From assembly GCA_012518685.1 (NCBI GenBank), contig JAAYRQ010000032.1, forward strand, positions 446-64,445: DNA of 64,000 bases, written 5' to 3'. Below, piece by piece: positions 22,037-32,400 of the stretch; within the stretch, counting starts at the first letter, position 1, and each line of letters begins with the position of its first letter. The notes below the pieces were generated by a model. The model was not told where the DNA came from. It was given only the letters and a program-made list of their open reading frames with translations, and searched no databases. Source of the DNA: Syntrophomonadaceae bacterium. GTDB taxonomy: Bacteria; Bacillota; Syntrophomonadia; Syntrophomonadales; Syntrophomonadaceae. The translations under genes were made by a program, and so were the position numbers.

Positions 22037-23476
22037 TTGCTATTTAATTCATTTGAATTTATATTTTTATTCCTGCCTATTAGTATAATCGGATATTTTA
22101 TAATTAATCATTTTCATAATCGTTTAGCCAAGTTCTGGTTAGTTAGTGCATCATTATTTTTCTATAGTTGGTGGAATATAAAATACTTACCTTTAATTCT
22201 AGTCTCTATAGCCTTTAATTACATAGTAGGCAAAATGCTTAATCAAAATAGGCAGCAGACCTCCCGAAAAAACATTTTAATCTTGGGCTTGATAGGTAAT
22301 CTGGGCTTATTAGGCTATTTTAAGTATGCAGATTTTTTCATTAACAATCTTAATTATGTCTTAAATTCCCATCTTAACTTATTAAATATCGTCCTGCCTT
22401 TGGCGATTAGCTTTTTCACCTTCCAGCAAATTGCCTATCTGGTTGATACATATAGGGGTGAAGCTAAGGAGTATGACCTTCTTAATTATGCTTTATTTGT
22501 AAGTTTTTTCCCCCAACTTATTGCTGGACCTATAGTCCATCACAAGGAAATGATGCCCCAATTCTTAGCCAATGATAATAAGGGGCTTAATTATGCGAAT
22601 TTGGCGACAGGCTTATTTATTTTTTTTATCGGCTTATTTAAAAAGGTAGTAATTGCGGATACCTTTGCCGTATGGGCGACTTTTGGTTTTGATGTGGCAC
22701 TTAGCCTTAGCTTTATTGAAGCTTGGTTAATTTCCTTATCTTACACCTTTCAGCTGTATTTTGATTTTAGTGGTTATACAGACATGGCTATAGGTGCTGC
22801 TTTAATGTTAAATATTAAGCTGCCGATTAACTTCTTTTCCCCTTACAAATCCTTAAATATTCAAGAATTTTGGCGAAGATGGCACATGACTTTGAGCCGT
22901 TTTTTACAAGATTATGTCTATATTCCCTTGGGGGGAAACCGTAAGGGGGAATATGTTACCTATCGTAACCTAGTCTTAACTTTTTTAATTGGGGGACTCT
23001 GGCATGGGGCAGGCTGGAATTTTGTCTTTTGGGGTTTTTTACATGGTTTAGCCTTAGTCATACATCGTTTTTGGCGTAAATTTAATATTAATATGCCGAA
23101 AGTCATCGCTTGGTTTTTAACCTTTAATTTTGTTAACCTTGCTTGGGTGTTTTTTAGGGCTAATACTTTTACTGATGCCTTAAAGGTAATTCGTGGCATG
23201 CTAGGCTTAAATGGTATAATATTGCCTAGTAGCTGGGCGGACAAGTTAGCTATGTTTTCGACCAACAGTTTTGCTGCCTATCAGCTCACAGATATAAGAA
23301 ATGCTTTTATATTTGTAATACTGGGCTTAGTTATTACTTTAGCTTGTAAAAATTCCATCGAACTAAAGGATAAGTTTAAGCCTAATATCTTATATTTATT
23401 GTGGGCAGCGATTTTAGCCTTAATTGCTTTTACGCAGCTAACTGGGGTAAGTGAGTTTTTATATTTTAACTTCTAA
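22037..23476 (+). CDS. MBOAT-family membrane O-acyltransferase (AlgI/PatA/DltB-like)
   Basis: N-terminus MLFNSFEFIFLF, the conserved His region GGLWHGAGWNFVFWG, and 479-aa polytopic size typical of AlgI/PatA. Confidence 0.9.
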   Translation: MLFNSFEFIFLFLPISIIGYFIINHFHNRLAKFWLVSASLFFYSWWNIKYLPLILVSIAFNYIVGKMLNQNRQQTSRKNILILGLIGNLGLLGYFKYADFFINNLNYVLNSHLNLLNIVLPLAISFFTFQQIAYLVDTYRGEAKEYDLLNYALFVSFFPQLIAGPIVHHKEMMPQFLANDNKGLNYANLATGLFIFFIGLFKKVVIADTFAVWATFGFDVALSLSFIEAWLISLSYTFQLYFDFSGYTDMAIGAALMLNIKLPINFFSPYKSLNIQEFWRRWHMTLSRFLQDYVYIPLGGNRKGEYVTYRNLVLTFLIGGLWHGAGWNFVFWGFLHGLALVIHRFWRKFNINMPKVIAWFLTFNFVNLAWVFFRANTFTDALKVIRGMLGLNGIILPSSWADKLAMFSTNSFAAYQLTDIRNAFIFVILGLVITLACKNSIELKDKFKPNILYLLWAAILALIAFTQLTGVSEFLYFNF

Positions 23477-23488
23477 GGGGATAGTAAG

Positions 23489-24475
23489 GTGACATACAAA
23501 AGCTGGTTTTTCTCAACTTTATTGATTATTGCTCTACCTTTACTAGTTGTAGCTAGTTTCAACTACTATATTGACCCTTTGTGGAATTTTAACTGTAATA
23601 ATAAATACAATAATAAGCAAATGCCTTTTAATGAAAGACAACAAAAGACTAATTACATTACTTTTCATAAATTTGATTATGACTCTTTAATTTTGGGCAG
23701 TAGCCGAACTACTTACATTAAGCAGACGGATTTTGTAGGCTTAAATGCTTATAATTATGCAGTTAATAACATGCTAATCGATGAATATTATGATTATATT
23801 GAATATGCTAAAAAGGTTAAAGGCAGTGATTTTGATTATATTATTATTGGTTTAGATTTTTATGCAAGTAATAAAAACCTTGACAAAGAATTTGCAGAGC
23901 CAGCCCATTATATAGCCAACACTAATCAGTTTGGCTATCGCTTTACCAGCCTCATTTCTAGGGATACCCTTGACTATGCCAAGCAAAACTATGCCGCCGC
24001 CTTAGAAGAGAATCCTATTAATTATACTTATAACAGAGAGAATATTAAAAGCCTGTTCAAGGTAAGTGAGGAGGAGTCTGTAGCTAATATAGAAACCACT
24101 CTTAATACTTATCGTACAAAAATATATGCTAATTATGAATATACTAATGTACGGGAGATGTTGGAAAAGATTAAAAATAGCAATCCTAATACTAGGTTTA
24201 TTATTTTTACCACCCCCGTTAATCATAAGCTCTATAATCTTATGCTAGAACTCGACTTATCCACACATTATCAACAATTAATTAATGATGTAGTAGAAGT
24301 ATTTGGGGAAGTATATGATTTTAACTATCCAAATGCTATTACTACCGATGATAGGAACTATTTTGATGGTAGCCACTTCTATCCAGAAATAGGCACTCTT
24401 ATTGCCCACCGTATTAGCAACTTATCCACAGAACTAGCCACAGATTTCGGCACTTTAATAACTAAAGTAAAATAG
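23489..24475 (+). CDS. Extracytoplasmic DltD/SGNH-like partner of the MBOAT acyltransferase
   Basis: Signal anchor. Candidate nucleophile in LILGSSRTTY and candidate Asp-His pair in YFDGSHFYPE. The gene lies immediately downstream of the MBOAT gene. Confidence 0.55.
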   Translation: MTYKSWFFSTLLIIALPLLVVASFNYYIDPLWNFNCNNKYNNKQMPFNERQQKTNYITFHKFDYDSLILGSSRTTYIKQTDFVGLNAYNYAVNNMLIDEYYDYIEYAKKVKGSDFDYIIIGLDFYASNKNLDKEFAEPAHYIANTNQFGYRFTSLISRDTLDYAKQNYAAALEENPINYTYNRENIKSLFKVSEEESVANIETTLNTYRTKIYANYEYTNVREMLEKIKNSNPNTRFIIFTTPVNHKLYNLMLELDLSTHYQQLINDVVEVFGEVYDFNYPNAITTDDRNYFDGSHFYPEIGTLIAHRISNLSTELATDFGTLITKVK

Positions 24476-24492
24476 TTGTCAAAATATTATGG

Positions 24493-24522
24493 TTGACCTT
24501 ATTTTGATGATAAAGGTATAAT
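24493..24522 (+). promoter_or_regulatory. Sigma-A-type promoter of the RND efflux operon
   Basis: TTGACC (24493-24498), an 18-nt spacer, then TATAAT (24517-24522). Confidence 0.55.
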
Positions 24523-24531
24523 TTATAATAA

Positions 24532-24547
24532 CCGACTAGCTGGTCGG
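24532..24547. promoter_or_regulatory. Candidate TetR operator (16-bp near-palindrome)
   Basis: CCGACTAGCTGGTCGG has 7 of 8 symmetric pairs. It starts 10 nt downstream of the -10 box, and a TetR gene ends the same operon region. Confidence 0.45.
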
Positions 24548-24584
24548 AAATGATGAAAATTATATTTGGGAGGTACTTGCTGAA

Positions 24585-25679
24585 GTGTTTAGAAGAAGAA
24601 AATCACTAATAATATTTTTAATGGCCTTATTAATAATTACTACTTTATCTGGATGCCAAAAAGATGCCGAAGTAATAAAAGAAACAGAAATTACAGTAGC
24701 TACGGCCAATGTAACTACGCGAGATGTAGCAAAAATGGTTAAATTAACGGGAACAGTGAAGGGGAAGGATGAGGTATATGTAATCCCTAAAATCCCTGCA
24801 CAGGTAACCGCGGTTCTAGTTAGACCTGGGCAGGCGGTAAGTCAAGGGCAGACTATTGCCACCTTAGACAGTAGCGATTTTACTATAGGTGTGGAGCAGG
24901 CCCAAGCGGGTATTCGTCTAGCTGAGATACAGTTGGAAAATGCCCGTATTAATTTGGAAAGATCCGAAAAGCTACACGAGGCTGGAGCCCTAGCTACACA
25001 ACAGCTTGAAGCAAGCCAAGTCGGTTTTGACAGTGCCGAGGCTCAGTTAGAACAGGCCATCGTAGGCTTACAAGGGGCTCAAAATCAACTTAACAATACT
25101 ATAATTACTGCACCTATTAATGGAGTAGTAGGCAGTATCGATATTTCAGTAGGCGATATGGCTAATCCTAGCAGTCCTGCTGCTATAATAAGTAATACCT
25201 CCCAACTAGAAATAGAAATATTGGCAAGTGAATCGGAAGTTAATTTTATCAAGGAAGGCAGCGAAGCACAAGTGTTTATAAAGGCGGCTGCTAGTGAACC
25301 ATTCACAGGTAGAATTGACACGGTATCCTTAGTACCCGACCCTATGAAGAAGAATTATGTGGTTAAGGTGGTTTTACCTAATCAGGATAACTTAATTAGG
25401 TCGGGAATGTTCGCCGAAATTAGTGTAGCTACAGAAAGCAAAAAAGATGTGGTTAGCTTACCAGCTAATGCTATAGTACCGAAGGGTAATCGAACTGTAG
25501 TATATACTATTGATGAAGATAAAAGGGCTCGGGAAACTGAGATTAAGCTAGGATTAGAAAATAGTCAGTATGTAGAAATAGAGGCAGGTCTTAAATCAGG
25601 CCAAATAGTTATTACCAAAGGTAACACTCTAGTAAGTGATGGGACTCTGGTTAGGGTAGCTACCGGGGGTGACAAATAA
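24585..25679 (+). CDS. Efflux RND transporter periplasmic adaptor subunit (lipoprotein)
   Basis: Lipobox LSGC and a HlyD/AcrA-like coiled-coil and barrel-sandwich sequence. The gene is followed directly by the RND pump. Confidence 0.9.
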   Translation: MFRRRKSLIIFLMALLIITTLSGCQKDAEVIKETEITVATANVTTRDVAKMVKLTGTVKGKDEVYVIPKIPAQVTAVLVRPGQAVSQGQTIATLDSSDFTIGVEQAQAGIRLAEIQLENARINLERSEKLHEAGALATQQLEASQVGFDSAEAQLEQAIVGLQGAQNQLNNTIITAPINGVVGSIDISVGDMANPSSPAAIISNTSQLEIEILASESEVNFIKEGSEAQVFIKAAASEPFTGRIDTVSLVPDPMKKNYVVKVVLPNQDNLIRSGMFAEISVATESKKDVVSLPANAIVPKGNRTVVYTIDEDKRARETEIKLGLENSQYVEIEAGLKSGQIVITKGNTLVSDGTLVRVATGGDK

Positions 25680-28600
25680 TGCGAATAGTAAACTTCTCAG
25701 TAAAGCGTCCCGTTACTATGATTATTTCGGTAGCTGTACTGATGATATTAGGATTTTTCACCTTTGCAAAAATGCCAGTTGATTTGTTACCTAAAATGGA
25801 TTTTCCTATAGCGGTTGTTATGACTACTTATACAGGTGCAGGTCCAGAGGAAGTGGAATCTCAGATTACTAAACCTTTGGAACAGTCCTTAAATACTTTA
25901 AGTAATGTTAAGGAAATACAATCTGTATCTGGTGCAGGAAGCTCTTTTGTAATTATTAGTTTTAACTGGGGCACTAATTTAGATAGTGCCATAATTGACA
26001 TTAGGGAAAACATAGGATTTATTGAACGATTTTTACCCTCGGATTCAGAAAAGCCCATGGTTATAAAAATGGATCCTAATATGATGCCTATAGTGCAAAT
26101 GGGCATTAGTGGTGGGGATAATCTATCTCAGTTACAGGATATTGCTAGTGATATTATAGAACCAAGACTGACTCGTATTCCTGAGGTAGCCTCAGTTATT
26201 ATTACGGGCGGTTTTGAACGGGAAGTCCAAGTTGCAGTTGATCCAGTTAAGCTAGAAAACTACGGAATTACTTTATCCCAAGTTACGAATATGCTAATGG
26301 CGGAAAACTTCAATGCTTCGGGTGGTAAAGTCGAGCAGGGTGGTCGCGAATATTTTGTGCGTAACTTGCAGCAGTTTGAGACTGTCGAGGATATCGAAAA
26401 TGTAGCCATTCTTACGGCAACAGGTAATACCTTATATGTCAAAGATATTGCTATGGTAACTGATGGCAGTAAGGATGTAACTCAGTTGACTAGAGTTAAT
26501 GGTACTGATGCTGTAGGTATCCATATTATGAAACAATCGGATGCTAATACGGTTAATACTAGTGCGGCTGTAATTAAGGAAATGGAGAAAATTAAAAAGG
26601 AACTAGGGGCAACTGTTGACTATGAAATAGTTATGGATCAGGCTGAATATATTAATTTTTCACTGGATAATACCAAAAAGATGATTTTCCAAGGTGCTAT
26701 CCTAGCCATGCTTATCCTATTTTTCTTTTTGAGGAATGTGCGTTCCACTATAATAATTTTTACAGCTATTCCCTTGTCTATAATTGCGACTTTTATAATG
26801 ATGTATTTTAGTAAAAATACGATAAATTTACTAACAATGGGTGGCTTAGCTCTAGGAATTGGGCGAATAGTGGATGACTCGATAGTAGTTTTTGAGAATA
26901 TTTATCGTCATAGAACCCTTGGTCTATCTCCAATGGAAGCAGCGGTCAAAGGTACCTCGGAGGTTGGTGGGGCGGTAATTGCTTCTACTACTACGATTAT
27001 TGCAGTATTTTTACCGATTGTATTTGTAGAGGGACTGGCTTCTGTAATATTTAAGCCTTTGGCTTTGACAGTTTCCATGGCCATATTCTGTTCCTTAATT
27101 GTAGCCTTGACTATAATTCCCTTAATGTCTTCTAGGATGCTCACAGATAAGTCTATGGAGCCTAAGGATAATATAGTTGCTAATGCGACTAGGAAATTCG
27201 GTAGCTGGCTAGATAATCTAGGTGAACATTATAAGGTCTTTTTAGCTAAAGCCTTAAGAAGGCGGAGAAGGGTAGTCATTATAGTTACGGTTCTTATGAT
27301 TGGCTCTTTGGCGGCTATTCCTTTTATAGGGGCGGAATTTTTACCTGCTATGGATTCAGGTGAAATAGCGATTTCAGTTGAAATTGATAAGGGTAGTAAG
27401 TTAGAGGATGCTGACCTAATCGCAACGGAAGTCGAGGGTATTTTACACGATATTCCAGAAATAGACTTGATTTTTTCTAGTATTGGTAGTGATGCCAATA
27501 TGATGATGGGTGCAGATGGAGGAGCAGATACTTCTACTATATATGTTAAATTAGTAGCACTTAATGAGCGAAAACGCGATGTTAATACGGTTGCTGAAGA
27601 CATTCGGGTAAAGTTAGCAGATATTGCAGGGGCGAAGATAAGTGTTAGTGGTATGGATGCTACTTCCATGATGGCAGGCGGTGGTGGACCCATAAATGTA
27701 CAAATTCGTGGGGATGACCTTAATATTTTAAAAGAATTATCAGAAGAAGTTACTCAAATAGTTAAGCATACTTCTGGTACGAGGGAAGTAGTAGCCTCAC
27801 TCACTGATGGGCAACCAGAAATGCAAGTAAAAATAGATAGGCAAAGAGCTGCTGCTTATGGGCTAACTCCTATGCAGATTTCAAATGAAATTAAAAGTGC
27901 TATGGATGGAAGTATAGCTACTCGCTATAAAGCTGAAGGCGAAGAAATAGATGTCAGGGTCAAGTATTTGACTACTGAAGAAAAGGATATAGATTACTTA
28001 AGTAATCTTGCTATCCAAACTCCGATGGGATTTTTCGTTAAACTTTCTCAGTTGGCTTCTTTTGATATTGCTCAAGGTCCTATATCTATTGATCGTATAG
28101 ATCAGGTGCGTATTGCTACGGTTAGTGCTTCATTGCTAAATCGAGATTTGCGAAGTGTGGTAGAAGAAATTAAGCTTAAAACTGATGAAATAGCTTTACC
28201 AGCTGGTTATACTATTGATTTTGGCGGCGATAATCAAGAAATGATGGAGAGTTTTGCCAGTTTAGCGGTAGCTTTATTACTCGCCTTAATTTTAGTATAT
28301 TCGGTAATGGCTATTCAATACGAATCATTTTTTAATCCCTTTGTAATTATGTTTTCGGTTCCGACAGCTATTATTGGGGTAGTTCTAGGGCTACTTATCA
28401 CAGGTAGGAGTTTTAGTGTTACGGCCTTCATTGGGCTTATCATGTTAGTCGGAGTAGTAGTATCGAATGCGATTATATTTGTGGACTATTTAAAACAGTT
28501 AAGAGAACGGGGCATAGAAAGAGATGAAGCGATTATCGAAACTGGACGAGTAAGACTTAGACCTATATTAATGACGGCTTTTACTACTATACTAGCTATG

Positions 28601-28798
28601 TTTCCCTTAGCCTTAGGCATAGGGGAAGGTGCAGAAGTGCAAGCACCCTTAGCTACAGTTGTTATTGGCGGCCTATTGGTTTCTACTGTGGTTACCTTGG
28701 TACTAGTACCAGTTGTTTATAGTATATTTGATGATTGGGGACAAGGATTTAGAAGAAGGTTTAACCGTAAGGATCAAGATACTGACATATCGGCATAA
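25679..28798 (+). CDS. Efflux RND transporter permease (AcrB/AcrD/AcrF family)
   Basis: 1039 aa with a duplicated 6-TM plus large-loop architecture and typical RND motifs (GGLALGIGRIVDDSIVV). ATG overlaps the adaptor stop. Confidence 0.95.
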   Translation: MRIVNFSVKRPVTMIISVAVLMILGFFTFAKMPVDLLPKMDFPIAVVMTTYTGAGPEEVESQITKPLEQSLNTLSNVKEIQSVSGAGSSFVIISFNWGTNLDSAIIDIRENIGFIERFLPSDSEKPMVIKMDPNMMPIVQMGISGGDNLSQLQDIASDIIEPRLTRIPEVASVIITGGFEREVQVAVDPVKLENYGITLSQVTNMLMAENFNASGGKVEQGGREYFVRNLQQFETVEDIENVAILTATGNTLYVKDIAMVTDGSKDVTQLTRVNGTDAVGIHIMKQSDANTVNTSAAVIKEMEKIKKELGATVDYEIVMDQAEYINFSLDNTKKMIFQGAILAMLILFFFLRNVRSTIIIFTAIPLSIIATFIMMYFSKNTINLLTMGGLALGIGRIVDDSIVVFENIYRHRTLGLSPMEAAVKGTSEVGGAVIASTTTIIAVFLPIVFVEGLASVIFKPLALTVSMAIFCSLIVALTIIPLMSSRMLTDKSMEPKDNIVANATRKFGSWLDNLGEHYKVFLAKALRRRRRVVIIVTVLMIGSLAAIPFIGAEFLPAMDSGEIAISVEIDKGSKLEDADLIATEVEGILHDIPEIDLIFSSIGSDANMMMGADGGADTSTIYVKLVALNERKRDVNTVAEDIRVKLADIAGAKISVSGMDATSMMAGGGGPINVQIRGDDLNILKELSEEVTQIVKHTSGTREVVASLTDGQPEMQVKIDRQRAAAYGLTPMQISNEIKSAMDGSIATRYKAEGEEIDVRVKYLTTEEKDIDYLSNLAIQTPMGFFVKLSQLASFDIAQGPISIDRIDQVRIATVSASLLNRDLRSVVEEIKLKTDEIALPAGYTIDFGGDNQEMMESFASLAVALLLALILVYSVMAIQYESFFNPFVIMFSVPTAIIGVVLGLLITGRSFSVTAFIGLIMLVGVVVSNAIIFVDYLKQLRERGIERDEAIIETGRVRLRPILMTAFTTILAMFPLALGIGEGAEVQAPLATVVIGGLLVSTVVTLVLVPVVYSIFDDWGQGFRRRFNRKDQDTDISA

Positions 28799-28806
28799 TT
28801 AAAATA

Positions 28807-28840
28807 GTGGGCGGAACAGATTTCGCCCACTTTGGTTTTT
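28807..28840 (+). terminator. Rho-independent terminator after the RND pump gene
   Basis: GTGGGCG / CGCCCAC stem followed by TTTGGTTTTT. Confidence 0.75.
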
Positions 28841-28885
28841 AGGTGAGGGTATTTTTTTAATAGCTAGTTTTTGGGGAGGATTTAT

Positions 28886-29464
28886 ATGGAAAACAAATTG
28901 AGTAAAAGGGAAGCCATAATTAATGCTGCTATCAAAGTATTTTCCACGAAGGGCTATCATAGTACGAGAATGGAAGAAATAGCTATCCTTGCAGAAGTTG
29001 GTAAGGGTACTATTTATGAATATTTTGCCAGCAAATTGGACTTATTCCAGAAGATGTTAGAGGAAAGTGTCAAGGTGTATTTTACCGAAGTAGCTAGCTT
29101 GGATGACGAAAACCTACCTTTTGCAGAAAAATTACTTCTACTTTTAGCAGGTCATATAGACTTTTGTAAAGAACATAAAGAATTAACTAGAATTGTATTT
29201 TGGGATACGGAGATAATTGATGAAGAACTGAAAGAATGGTCTAATCAAATGCGTAAGGAAAAAGAGGACTATATGACTGAGATTATTAAAACTGCTATTA
29301 ATAAAGGTGATATAAAGCCAGTTAATCCCCGTATTTTAACTTATATAATAAGTGGTGTATTAGGCTCTCTTTGGGCACCGATAACTTTGGATAACTGGGA
29401 GGTTAATACTGAGGATTTGGCCCAGGAAATTACGGATATAGTCATACGGGGAATAGGGCTATAA
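28886..29464 (+). CDS. TetR/AcrR family transcriptional regulator
   Basis: N-terminal HTH (GYHSTRMEEIAILAEVGKGTIYEYF). ATG 28886 lies 5 nt after GGGGAGGA. Confidence 0.9.
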   Translation: MENKLSKREAIINAAIKVFSTKGYHSTRMEEIAILAEVGKGTIYEYFASKLDLFQKMLEESVKVYFTEVASLDDENLPFAEKLLLLLAGHIDFCKEHKELTRIVFWDTEIIDEELKEWSNQMRKEKEDYMTEIIKTAINKGDIKPVNPRILTYIISGVLGSLWAPITLDNWEVNTEDLAQEITDIVIRGIGL

Positions 29465-29495
29465 GTTCATAAATTTATGGGTTGGGTAGGTATTT

Positions 29496-32400
29496 ATGGT
29501 AAAAGATATTTTCAAGAATCGTTTTATACTGACAATTTTATTAATTACATATTTTATAGTGGGCATACCTGTAGCTACATGGGCCTTTACGGATACTAAA
29601 AATCATTGGGCTAGCCCCCAAATAGATTATTTAGCCAGTAAGGAATTAATTAGGGGTTATCCTGACCAGACTTTTAGACCTAATTCTTATATTAATCGTG
29701 CTGAATATGTGGCCCTGCTTATTTCCTTTGTAAATAAATTGGATGAAGCTGAAAGACTAGCTCTAGGTACATCTATGTTTAAAGATGTACCTAATTCACA
29801 CTGGGCTAATGGACATATTTCTTTAGCTCGGGAACTTAACATAATAGAAGCTGATGAAAAGGGTAATTTCAAGCCTTATCATTTGATAACTAGGGAAGAT
29901 GCTGTAGTAATGCTGGTAAAAGCTTTGCGGGTGGAAAACCTAGAAAATGAGGATTTAGGCTTTTTGGATAGAAATGACATAGCTAATAATGCGAAAAAGG
30001 CGATAGCTTATTGTACTGAAGTTGGCTTAATCAATGGTTATCCAGATGGTAATTTTAGACCTAATAATAAATTAACTAGGGCAGAAGTGGCTATTTTACT
30101 TGGAAAATCATTAGACTTGCAAGGGCGGAAGTATAATTTTCAAGGCTCCTTAATTGCGATTGATTTACCCAATGGGGAAGCATATATTAAGCTTAATTCG
30201 GGGGAGGAAATGTTTACCCTAGCCGAAAACCTAGTAATTTATAATGAAGGCCGCTTAAGTAGAGTAAGTGATTTAGTTATGCCTGCTAATGTTTATTTTA
30301 ATCTGAATAAAGCAGGGGAGTTAAATTATATAAATCTAAGTGAAAACCTAGAAACTAGCCAGCTCAACCTAGTTTTTAATAGTCTGCCTAATAATAGCCA
30401 AGTGATAGCGGTAGATAATAATATAGTGAAGCTGTCTGATAAGGAGCCTTATGAAATCAATCCTAAGAAGATAGATACTAAGGTGGCTTTAAGCTTGGAA
30501 ACTACTAAGGCTGCTATGGGGGTACAGGATTTTATTAAGGCTACAGGTGCTACAGGTCGTGGACAATTAGTAGCGGTAATAGATAGCGGCATTGATGTAG
30601 GTCATCCCGACTTGCAAAAGACTAGCGATAATTATGTTAAAATTGTAGATTTTGTGGATTTGACTGATGAGGGTAAGGTAACTTTAAACGGTCCGATTTC
30701 AGCTGACAATGGGTTTCTTACTATTGATAATCAGAAAATAGAGGTTAGTGATATAGAAAATGAAGCTGGGGAATATTACTATGGTTATTTAGGTACGGCT
30801 TTTTTACCTAAGTCTATTAAGGATAACCTGACTAAGGATAGATTTCTAGTATTAGTTACGGCTAGCGAATATTTTAACCGTTATGATACAGTATATCTGG
30901 ATACGAATATGGACGGGCAAATCAAGGATGAAAAAGCCATGCAAAAATATAGTCGTAACAATCATTATACAAGTATTCAAGGGCAAGCTAACAAGGTATT
31001 TAATATAGCAGTCGCGGAGTTAGCAGCGGATAATTCTTATGTAAAGTTTGGCTTTGACACGATTGGACACGGAACGGAAGTAGCAGGGGTGGTAGCCGCT
31101 AATGGGGAAATTGAGGGGGTGGCACCAGGTGCCCAAATACTACCGATTAAGGTGCTTAATAATCTAGGATTTGCCTACTTAACTAGGCTAGAAAATGCTA
31201 TCGAATTAGCGGCCGAGATGGGTGCTAATGTGGCGGTGATGAGCATGGGCCAATATCAAATAAGTCCTACTGAACTAAATAAACTTTCGGCTTTGGCTAA
31301 TAAGATGTGGCATACCCATGGTATGATACTTTGCATAGCCGCAGGTAATAATGGACCAGGATTAGGTACCGTAGCTAATACGGCGGCTATTCGTAATGTC
31401 ATAAGCGTAGGGGCTTATGCAACTCCCGAAATGTGGCATAATGATTATGGTTGGGAGGTTAATAAGCCTACTTTATGGTATTTTAGTTCTAGTGGACCAG
31501 GTATAGATGGGATTGCAGCCCCTCTAGTAGTAGCACCAGGAAGTGTTGTATCCACTTTTCCTATGTGGGGTAATTCTATTTATAACTTAGATGAAGGTAC
31601 TAGTATGGCCGCACCCCATGTAGCTGGAGCAGCCGCCTTGTTAATGGATGTAATTATTCATAAGATGTATGTAAAAGACTCCATGTTAGTAACGAAGGGA
31701 ATTATCGCTGGTGCTATGCCCCTTGAAGGGTATGAGGCAGTAGAACAGGGCTTTGGAGCTCTTAATTTAATGCGGACTTGGCAAGAGATTCAAAAGGTAA
31801 ATGGCGAATATGTCGATTATAAAGTTAATCAATATAGTCCGAATTTTGGCTATGGTAATGGCTATTATTCTAAGGAGATAATACCTGCCGAATTATCTAT
31901 TAAAATTTTCAACCATACTAACAAGAATAGTCATTTAGTGGTAGGGGGTCTATCCTCTTGGATAAGACCTGAACAATATACAGTGCAAATTCCGCAAAAA
32001 GGTGAACGACTAATCACTATTAATTATGATAAACTAACCGAACCAGGCTTATATAGCGATTTTTTAGTAGCTGATGATTATGATACTCCTGGCTGGGATG
32101 TGGCAGCCCTACAGACCGTAGTAGTTCCCCATGATTTACAAAGGTTACCTAATTATGAATTACTAGCTCAGGATTCTCTAGGTGCTGGACAGTTTAAACG
32201 GTATTTTATTAAGGTGCCTCAAGGAACTGAGAACTTAAATATTAACTTAGATGTAGGCGATAAGGGACGGGCTAGGATGCATATTATCTCCCCCTTAGGA
32301 TTTCAAGATGTAAGTTTATATGCTGGTGTAGGTACTAATACTAGCCCTAAGGTATATACTTATTATAATAAGCCTGCAGCTGGCACTTGGGAGATAGTGG

